Part shown: in pieces, positions 13,683 to 23,306 of the stretch
Position numbering within the stretch: the first letter of the stretch is position 1
Layout: every line of letters starts with the position of its first letter
Source of the DNA: Selaginella moellendorffii
Lineage: Eukaryota > Plantae > Lycopodiophyta
Direction: 5' to 3'
DNA length: 64,000 nucleotides
Assembly (NCBI RefSeq): GCF_000143415.4
Contig: NW_003314328.1
Location: 159,707 to 223,706, forward strand
Position numbers and translations under genes: made by a program
The notes under the pieces: model-generated
Told to the model about the DNA's origin: nothing
The model's database searches: none
Seen by the model: the letters and a program-made list of their open reading frames with translations, nothing else

Positions 13683-13812
13683 GCCGCTCGCAACACCGCA
13701 ACTACTCGTAGCACCGCTCGCAATACCGCAACTGCTCGTAGCGCCGCTCGCACAAACTGCCACTCGCATAAACTGCCGCCCGCAATGGCGCTCGCAATGC
13801 CGCAACCGCTCA
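13683..13812. repeat. GC-rich ~30-bp tandem repeat (CCGCTCGCA-containing)
   Basis: CCGCTCGCAACACCGCAACTACTCGTAG-type units repeated 3-4 times upstream of the transposase. Confidence 0.7.
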
Positions 13813-14611
13813 TAGACGCATAAACCATAGCCCACAACGCCGCTTACACAAGCAGCGCTCACTGCGCTCAGCGGAACCAAGAACACGGCGCACAAAAATG
13901 ATAGACCTAGGAATGAGTTCGAGAATTCAAAAATAACACACGCTTGAATGTCACATCAAATCCTCTGACAAACCAGATCTTATGACTCCTCTGACAAATT
14001 TCAAACTGAGTAGCTTCTAGACTTTGCTGTCGGAGGTTGAACTTTGTCACATCATGTCCTTGCCTCGATCCAGCTGTGCCATGTCAGTGATTTGAACTTT
14101 GCCATGCCATGTCAGCGATCCGCGCCAAGATTATTCGCCGTGTAAAGGAATAATTATGCTCTGTGTGTATGTCCATTTATGGCAATATAAGGCCACACGC
14201 CATTCAAAGAATAATGCTAGTCGAGCAATTTTTGGTGCATTTTTGGGTTCAAAATTGCATGAGCCCACACGCTATAAAGTTTACCTGTACCAAAAATAGA
14301 AACAGCTTTATTTACTTGGGAATTTAAGTGGTTGAGGCATTTTTAAACTTACAAACACATGCCCTACTTACATTCCTTTGGTTGCTTAAAATTCAAAAAT
14401 ATTATAAACCTTTCTTTTTGCATTTTCAATGTTTTCAATTATGGTTTTTGATTTTCGCAGGACCAGCCTAGTAATCTATTTGCATCCCGTCATGTTTATA
14501 GCTAGCTTTCGTTTGTCCCCTTCGCTAGCCTGAGATACATCTGCTCGGCATCTACCTCTTACAGCATTTGCCCAGAAAGGGCATCTTTCTTCACGCAGCA
14601 TTTGCCACATG

Positions 14612-14637
14612 TTTAGGGTTTAGGGTTTAGGGTTTAG
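14612..14637 (+). repeat. interstitial plant telomere repeat (TTTAGGG)3 TTTAG
   Basis: Read directly from the sequence. Confidence 0.85.
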
Positions 14638-16057
14638 CAATTCAGTAGCTTGATAAACATGCAAATACAGAACTTGATGCAAAATCCTTTGATATGTCAC
14701 AATGCCCCTAGGACCATAAACACATTTCAATAGAGAGGGTCCTTTCATTTCATAACTCCTTACGTAGATCTTGGTGAAACCAAAGTTAGTGAAGTTAGTT
14801 TCTTGTGATCCCGCATCTGATTGTGATGTCCCTTTGCAGTGTTGATGGAAAGGTCAATGCACACCAAACTGTAAAATCTTGGAGCAAAATAACGGTCAGA
14901 TCTATGGCAAATGCCCCTGAAACATTGTAAGGCTCGTGTGGTCTCATGTGGTGTCTGATCGAGATGCTTCTTTGCAGGGTCATCAAGAAAGACATTGTAT
15001 ACCATTCTGTAAAATCTAGTTGCGATCTAACGGTTGGATCTCCAGAAAACTCAAAACAATCTCGCGCGTGTCAGAATATCCTAGGAATATACTCCTATGT
15101 GCCCCTGAAAATGGCATGCGGCCCCACGCCCTTCAAGAGATAACACCAAATGACGCCGAGAATTTTTTGGTGCATTTTTTGGGTTCAAAATTGCATAAGC
15201 CCACACGCTATAAAGTTTATCTTTGCCAAATAGAGAAATGTTTATCTGTGTCATGTGAGGTAGTTACAGTCCTTTGTGCTCGGCATCTGCCTCTTGCAGC
15301 ATTTGCATTGAAAGGGAATTTTTCTCCATTCAGCATTTGGCCCTGAAAATGGCATGCGCCCACACGCCATTCAAGGAATAACGCCACAGGACGCCTGGAT
15401 TTTTGGGTTTAAAATGTTTAGGGTTTTTTGGGTTTTTTCAAAATATTTTGGGTCCAACGTTTTTTGGGTTTCTTTGGTTCAAAATTGCATGAGCCCACAC
15501 GCTATAATATTGATTTGAGAGAAAAATAGAAACAGATAGAATTTCTTTATTTAGCTGAACATCTGCCATTTTTGGAAATACAAGATGCTTTGGAATATCC
15601 AATCATGCATGGTATAAATATAGCGAGGGTATTAAATGATATCCCAATCATGATCTTTCTTTTGGATTTCGCGTGAATGCAGTCCGAGGAATGATGACGT
15701 TGCGGATTTCTTTTGGATTTTGCGTGCTTGCATGCGCACGGCAATCCAGAAATTAATGGTGGCGCCCAAGTCCGAGGAATGATGACGTGGCGGGATTACC
15801 AACCGTTGTGACATTTCGCGCGTGTGAGGTTAGGTTTTGCATTTTGCTTCGTACTCGCGCTCGCGCTCGCATCACACTTGCGCTCCCGCTCGCATCGCGC
15901 TCCCACTCACGCAGCCCACTTGGCATCCCAGGAGATTTCAGTGCCACTCTCCAACTGTAAGTGGCAGAGTAGCCTTGCTGCTACGATCCGCTGCACACAC
16001 AGTGCACATTCGCCAGCGAGTCCGGCCTCGATTGTCACGGCCTCCATTCGGCTTCAA

Positions 16058-19000
16058 ATGGTAAGTCTTTTAGGCCAAGTAGAAAATGGCATGAGGCCAC
16101 ATGCCATTCAGTAGCAACATTGGCATGCACCGATTGGGCTCTCGAGTGCAGTCCGGTTACAGATGGCATGTAGCCTCACGCCATCTTAGGATGCAGCCTC
16201 AAGACATCTGATGCAGTGGTGAATGGCGTGTGGCCTCACGTTATTTCCAGCTGCTAGCTTTTCATCTGTCAGCTCTAATTGTTGTGCATTTCTGAACAGG
16301 CAAGGAATTGCGTTCTTCTTCCAGCCACTGTCAATGTGGATGCAGAGAAGGGGGAGGAGCTCACCAGTTGGACTTTCGGGATGGAAGGCGAGGATTTGAG
16401 GCTGTACAACACAGATGGTGGGAGAAAAGAATGCATGGGGATCCTCATCCAAGTGACAGACACTCCATGCAGTTCCATGCAAGAATATGGATTGGCACTT
16501 GTGGTAGAGACAGCGTCCGCCTTCAAGATCCACCTTGCACATCCTAGCGGCTTCCCGGAGGGGGACAGCGGCTATGAGGAATTCCTAGAGGGAGCTAGGG
16601 AGAGGTTGTCCAAGAGGCCCACAATTTCAAAGACGCTACAGGTCTATGAAGATCACATGGAATCCACGGACCTCACCTACAGCGATGTTCAAAAACTATA
16701 TTCCAACATTGAGCCGTTGAGAGTGCCTCCAGTTCGCGAAGCGAAGGGGAAGGGGGTCGATCTGGAAACTACCCCGAAGCAGAAAAGGGTGGTCAAGCTC
16801 AAGCCGACGTCCGACTCTGCTGCTCCAAAAAAGAAGCTACTCGGTGATGCCATTGCCTCAGGTTCGAACACTACACCCACCAAAAAGAAGAGCCGCAAAG
16901 AGCAGAAAGAGCAAGAAGAGGCAGCAAAAATTGTCGCAGATAATAGTACTTGTTACTATTCCAACAAAGTATATACAATCGACGTGAGCCGTATCGACAT
17001 CCAAAGCAAATACAACCACAGGCTAGTATCTTATGAGTGGGTGGAGAAACTGAAGCAGAAGATGCTGGCAAGTCCAGTAACACCCGACATCGCAGACGTG
17101 ATCCCCTACTACCAAACAATGAAGGGCGAGACGAGGTTTCCAAACTTGATCAATAGGAAGGTGTTGCACGATCAGAACATCCGGTACTATGCCGTCTCCA
17201 GGCAGCATTCTAGTTTGGTGATGCAAGAGATAGTTCTGGATATTATGGTGGGCGAGGAGGTGAAGAAAGTCTTCAAGACAAGAGTTGTCCGCCTGATAAA
17301 AAGCAACTCGCCCCTCCGATCTATCATATCCATCTCCCACGCGCAGAATGTCAAGCAAGAAACGTGCTACAAATCAGGTCTGCACGAGACATTGGCACGA
17401 ACACGGAAGCTCTGGGTTCAACTGAAGAAGCCACAAAAACCAGGACAAGGACGTGCACTAGCAACTAGCGCCTGGCAGGTAAGCCTCGTTGCATGTGGCA
17501 TAGCATGTGGCCTCACGCCATTTCCATTGCAGGAATTCTCGAGTCTTCTCTTGAAAACACTGGGGGTCAATGACACACTCAGCATTCATAACATTCTACT
17601 CGCGACAAAAGTTGTTTTTGACAAATGGGTAGATGTGCTGAGGAGGTACCATGACGGGGAGTTGCTAAACTCAATGGGTGTGGAGGACGGCTGGAAGCCT
17701 AATGATTTGAAGCTCAACGCCTTGCATTTCTCGCGGTCTGTAGACGACGACGACCTTCTGACAGTGGCTAATGCTCTTCTACGTGGTGAGGTAGTCTTCA
17801 ACAAGACCAAAATGACTCCCGGCCATATTGTGACATACGAGGACTTGTGCACGACTCTGAGAGCTCGTGCGCTATTGAAGGATTGGATCTTCGAGCAAGT
17901 GGCCGTGGAGAGGGTGAGCATCGACACCACGCAAGAGATGATGGAAGAGCTGGACTTGTTAAATGAAGACATCGACGAGTACGTGAAGGGGGCCCCCAAG
18001 TTCATCGATCTGCTGCGGGATGCCACGAAAAGTAAAGCTAAGAAGTTGGATCAGTATCCAAATTTCATTAAGAGGGATGTCGACCGCCGGCTTCAGAAAC
18101 AGCTCGACCCCGCAGCAGAGGCCTATCGAGAACCTTACCGGGTATACGTGAATTCGGATGAGGATCAAAGGTGGAGGAGCATCGTTTCCCACGGAGATGA
18201 GCAAGTCAAGAGCATCTTTTGTGTGATGGACTCCACAAACGAAGAGATCACTCATGCAGACGAAGTCAGCTCCATCATTGACTTAATGGTGGGACTTGCA
18301 GAGGTGGAATCTTCAGTCCACTATATGATCTACGACTCCGAATCCTATCACAAGTTCTGGAAGGCCTTGAACGAGGTGAAGGCTCGGTTGAAAGGCAAGG
18401 AGATGCGGGAGATCCATGGGATAATGGCTAAGAAGAAGATACCGACGAATGTCCGCATCTTCACACTCGCCCTTGTTATTGGTCCTGCAGCAGAGTGGGA
18501 CTAGAGTGACTTCCCAGCTTCGTTCGACAAGGCCGATCGAATTAATCTGAGGGAGGTCAATTTACCCGTGCCTGAGGAACTGAAGACGGCTATGGAGCTT
18601 TCGAATCCAAAGAAAGCTCCAGGTGCAGCATGGGAAATGCTCAGCTGGGTCTTCAACGCAATAGCGGGTGACACCAAGGGCAAATGTGTTGTCGAGTACA
18701 ACTGCGGCGGACTATTCTTTCGAGCCGCACTACTCAAGGGTGTCCCGTGTGTTGCGGTGACAAACTCCATTGAAGAGGTGACTTCAATGGAGCATATAAT
18801 TACAGTTGCCAAAGAAAAACAGTATCTTCTCTGCGAACCTGGTGAGTACGCACTTTAAGTTTAAATGTTATCTCACAAGCTCTGTATGCAGGAGCGTGGC
18901 CACCCCCAGATGCTGAAACGGCGTTAACAGCTACTGATGTTAGGCCGAGCTCACAACCTGCACAAGGTAAGGTCACGTGAGGCCTCACGCCATTTTGATT

Positions 19001-21651
19001 ATAGATCGTTGTGAATATTCAGACACGAGGACTGAAAAGCGCACTGGTGGCACGTCGAAGAAGGACAAACAGACAAGCAATAGGAAAAAAGGAGGTACAA
19101 ATTATATTTGCAATGGCGTGTGGTCTCATGCCATTCCTTGCAGGAGACACTTCTTCAAAGGCAAAACAGGCAAGCACCAGCCAAGCTCAAACTGACAATG
19201 GTCATAAAAAGCGAAAGCACGTTGGACAGTCGTCGGGATCCGAGGCGTTTGATTCGAAAAGGAAGAAGGGCAACGAAAAGATGATAGGTAATGCCTCGCG
19301 GTTATGGCGTGTGTGCTCATGCCATTCATTGCAGATCAAGGGCTGAGTGAAAGGAGCCAGTCACCACCTCCTGACTCAAATTCCTATGGCGGACTCCCCT
19401 TCCCCAATCTCAATGGAGAGGTACAATGGATGAGGGATGCTTTTCAAGTCAGGGCCACGTTTTTCTCATCTCGTCGTCTTCGAAGGGTGCAAGAACGTGC
19501 AGAAACCATGTTAAGACAGTCGGGTGAGGATACGGTCCTAGGTCAAGCACTGAAACAGGCTATGGATGTCTTGTATTTTGAGATGGAGACTCGGCCAGAT
19601 GATTTTCCCAAGATGGTCCTGGAAAAACAAGCCATCCAGCCTGAGCAGCCTATGGAAGAATTGCAGGAGGGGGATGAGGAGCCAGAGAAAGATAATGAGC
19701 AGGAAGAGCAGAAGGACGAAGAGGAGGACAAAGAAGAGGAGGACGAAGAAGAGGAGGACGAAGAAGAGGAGGACGAAGAGGACTTGGATGGTCCTCACAA
19801 TGGTGACGATCACAATAACGACAATGACGATGATGACGACGATGGCCAGCCTGAGGTGGCCAAAGAGCAGCGGAGGAAGGTCATACAATGCAAACCATCA
19901 GGTAAATAATAGTACATCCATTCCTAACCTTTTACCATTTCTAACATTGTCTATGTAGGTCGCAAAAGAAATGGTAAGTAGAGATTATTCAGTTGAATTA
20001 AGATACAAACTCTAGCCTTTAGTGTCGAGGAAGGATAGTGCCAAGCAAGGATCGAAACGTATGTCCAATCCTTCAGAATCAGCAGTGCGCCCAATAGCAG
20101 TTGATGGTAAATACAGTATAGTCGATTCAATGTGCTAATGAGTTTGTTTTTAGTAGCCAGTAGGGAGAATACCATCTCAATCGAAGGGAGATATTTGGAC
20201 ATGCATATGGATCCGCCAGTGGACTCTACTTGCCTGCAAGAGTCATCAGAGCTGGTGGAGGCTACTATCCATATCAACGCCAAGCAAGCTGACCACGCTC
20301 CACTTGATGCTGCCCATACCACTGAGTCAATCTTGTCCACGTATCCAACTGACGGTGACCAGGCGCCATTGGACCTGCATGAGGCCGCCCCAGCCGCCGA
20401 GCCGGTCGTATCCTCATTTCCAACGGACTCAACGTGTGCCCAATCGTCTGACTACGCGCCGTTGGAACCTCCCTACACCGCCCCTGCTGCCTGTTCGGTC
20501 ATGTCCACTTTGCCAACGGAGGCACCAGCTGAAATGGCGTGTGATCACACGCCATCGGAACCACCCCATGCCACTGTTGAGCCAGTTGTACCAGAGTCTA
20601 CAGCTGAAATGGCATGTGCCCACACGCCATCGGATGCGATTGACCCCACATTGCAGAGGAGAGTATTTCCGCCCTTCACGTTTCCTCGACCAAAACCCTC
20701 TGAACGACCATCGGGAGCACCATTCGCTAATATTGTAGATGGTAAAATTGACTTGTACCATTTTTTATGCTGACGCATTTCATTTCAGAGTCACGGCGAA
20801 AGTACTGTATCGTTTTTGATCTGAACGGTGTCCTTTTCTCCCATGAGCGTGGCTCGTCCTCGAATGTCACTACACCCTCCAAAGCCTGCGGTCGCAAGTT
20901 GGTCAAAAGAGACAGATTCACATTAATCACATGGGAGAAACTGCGGGATCTAATAATGACCATGCGACACTTAAAACAGAGGGCCGGGTTCAATTTGCAA
21001 TTAGGAGTTTGGACATCCATGATGCGCCACAATGCATTAACGTTGGTACAGATGATGCACGATCAAACGCGAGTAATATTACCATTTGACTTTCTCCTAA
21101 CGCAGGAAGATTGCTTGACTATGGTCCATGTGAGGGGTAGCAAGCCCATCTTCGTCAAGCCAGAGGCTGTAGTGATGAACCGGACTGCTAGGTCAAGTGA
21201 AATCCTCATCATCGATGACTCGCCAATTAAAACTGCAGCTAACACGCACACATATGCAGTGCACCCCATCTCTTGCAGTATGGAAACTAGGGAGAAGAAA
21301 CCGTATGTTCTGGGGGACCTTGCAAAACGGCTTGAAGCGATGGTGATAGAGAACTGGCCAGTCCAGGAGGTGGCTGCAGAAATCAACCAAATGGCAGATG
21401 GAACGGTATATCAGAAGCCATTTGATCGGACAGACACCAGTCATCATTTATGGCATGTATATTGTCTAGCCAAGCACTATCCGCATCTCCATAATCTGCT
21501 CAACCGGATGGGTTCTTCGACCACTGAACATGAGCGTGGACGTATTAGAGAAGAGATGGCATTACTATTGGGTTTAAATCCTGATAGTGTGGAGAGTGAT
21601 GAAATTCCAAGATTATTGTATAGGCGTTGGAGGCAAAAAATAACAGTCTGA
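16058..21651 (+). pseudogene. transposon cargo gene, 11 exons, ~1632 codons: ParB-like + degenerate DNA-methyltransferase-like + acidic linker + FCP1/NIF-type HAD domain; one internal TAG
   Basis: Predicted exons 16058-16060, 16300-17478, 17533-18841, 18892-18966, 19023-19094, 19144-19287, 19335-19901, 19959-19973, 20023-20106, 20154-20741, 20789-21651. All introns are GT-AG and the spliced length is 4899 nt in a single frame, with TAG at 18502-18504. HAD motifs IVFDLNGVL, GVWTS, LIIDDSPIK. Confidence 0.72.
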
Positions 21652-22069
21652 GATGGCATGTATTTATTTAAAAATGTAACTTATTATGGCATGGGGTTCC
21701 ATGCCATTGTATTAATATTAAAAGACAATTCTTTGAGAGGATTTGCATTATACTAGAAGTGTTACAGCATGTTATTGGAAGTCTACGAAGTTGTTTTATT
21801 AATAAGGGGAAAGTAAAGATTGAATGGGGACTTGGGCTCCACCTAGACTCGGAGCAACTGAGCCAATATTAAAAGGATGGAAAGAAATTGGACGACAATG
21901 ACAAGGAGAAGAGAGAGGTGAAGCAGTGGCAGGGGGAGGAGAAGTGATTGAGTAGACATTTCCTTGTTTAAAATAAAATGGCATGTGCCTCAATGCAGTT
22001 GAATTTTGTTATATTTATATACTATATAAAGGTTTGGAAACCTTATTTTACAAGTGGGATAATGACAAT

Positions 22070-22091
22070 TCCCACTTTAACGAAATAGAGC
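22070..22091 (-). repeat. right terminal inverted repeat TCCCACTTTAACGAAATAGAGC
   Basis: Exact reverse complement of 9077-9098. Confidence 0.92.
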
Positions 22092-22139
22092 TTCTAAGTA
22101 CCAGGATATTCCCTCTCTCTCTCTCACTCTCTCGGTGGC

Positions 22140-23306
22140 CATGCCCTAACACAACAATTCTATTCACTCCTCCATTCGAATTTCCCCCTTCTTTGCGAAC
22201 TCTGGCCAAAATCCCTGATTCAATCTCTCACTTCCTTCTCCATTCGAATCCTCTTGTTCAAATCCCTGCTTTGAGGCATTTGTCTCCAACCTCCAGGAAA
22301 TCCACAACTCCATCTCCTTCCACCTCCATCGTGCTTAGGAATCTCACAAAACATTTGCCAATGTCCATCGTCAAGATTGTCCCCCTTACAATATTGGGGA
22401 TAAAGTCTAGCTCCTGAGGCGTAATATCTCCACCACCAGGCCATGTCCCAAACTCAATTTCAAACGCTTCGGTCCTTTCCCTATTACTGCCATCATTAAT
22501 CTTGTCAGTTATCGCCTTGCACTTCCCTCCTCATATCACATTCACCTAGTTTTTCACTCCTCTCTCCTTGAGCCTTATATTCCCAGTCCTTTTCTAAATC
22601 GGGTCATTCCTACACCTCCATCAGTGCAGCTCGAGGATGGGTCTGAGTACAAGGTTTAGGACATCCTTGATTCCAAGATCTCATGGTCTAAACTCTACTA
22701 TTTGGTAGACTAGAAGGGTTACGGACCTGAGGAACACACTTGGGAACCTGCGGACAACTTAATTTATTCTCCTGACCTTGTTCAAAACTTCTACCGTTGT
22801 TATCCTTCTTGTCCCAGTCCTCATTCTTTTTCTCCATCTCCCGTCCCTCGCCGCCCATCTCATCCTCCTCTTCGTTCTCATTCACATCCTCATTCCACTC
22901 GTTCTTGAGGAGGGAGTGCTATTAGGAATCCCCCAATTCTTGCCACATTCCTGACTCTCGCTGGATTCCTGACTTGCAGACCACATTCCTGATTCTCGAG
23001 ACACTTCCCTATTCTTGACTCTCGAGACACTTCCCTATTCCTGATTCTCTGATTTCCCGTATGATTCCTGAGTCTCAAGCCACATTCCTGATGATGACGT
23101 GGCGCCTCCTTGACCTCAGCTATATTTAGGCTGTCCTTGATCCAAGAGTGGTAGAGCTTTATCAACCTATAGTATATATAGGTTAGCCTTGTTCCATTTC
23201 TCCACAATCTAAATCAACACTAGTATAAGGCTTCTTTTTCATTTCCACTAGCTTTTCTCTTTGTCTTTTGCATTTTTCAGTTTTGATCTTGTTGGGGGTC
23301 TTGACA
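22140..23306 (+). mobile_element. 3' end of Tf2/Tcn1-like chromodomain Gypsy element (integrase C-terminus, chromodomain, PPT, 3' LTR 22920-23306)
   Basis: Degenerate GDKV*L...GPFPI...IHLVFHSSLLEPY and YLVD*KGYGPEEHTWEP. PPT GAGGAGGGAG at 22907. The LTR ends ...TTGACA and matches 53570-53930 in reverse. Confidence 0.8.

Larger units (their letters stand above)
9301..21999. repeat. dispersed 22-bp palindrome family ATGGCRTG-N6-CAYGCCAT (~25-30 copies)
   Basis: Copies start at 9617, 9706, 11521, 11578, 13181, 13399, 13469, 13567, 14254, 15111, 15190, 15349, 15484, 16086, 16163, 16223, 17500, 18972, 19113, 19304, 20534, 20609, 21686. Partial or half sites at 9301, 10121, 10187, 14179, 21653, 21978. 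Confidence 0.92.
9077..22091. mobile_element. ~13 kb TIR DNA transposon (Sola-like DDD transposase) with large cargo gene
   Basis: Perfect 22-bp TIRs at 9077-9098 and 22070-22091 enclose a transposase gene, a divergent cargo gene and a dispersed palindrome family confined to this interval. No TSD found. Confidence 0.85.

Noticed and set aside
19538-19958. Hydrophobic antisense ORF and Arg/Lys-rich alternative-frame ORF
   Set aside because: Shadows of the Glu/Asp-rich exon.
20755-20775. Frameshift in the poly-T between ORFs 20132 and 20767
   Set aside because: A canonical 47-nt intron (20742-20788) joins the two frames.
9301-21999. Palindrome family as a CRISPR-like or guide-RNA array
   Set aside because: Spacing is irregular (tens of bp to >1 kb), copies lie inside introns and CDS, there are no constant-length spacers, and no Cas-like ORF is present.
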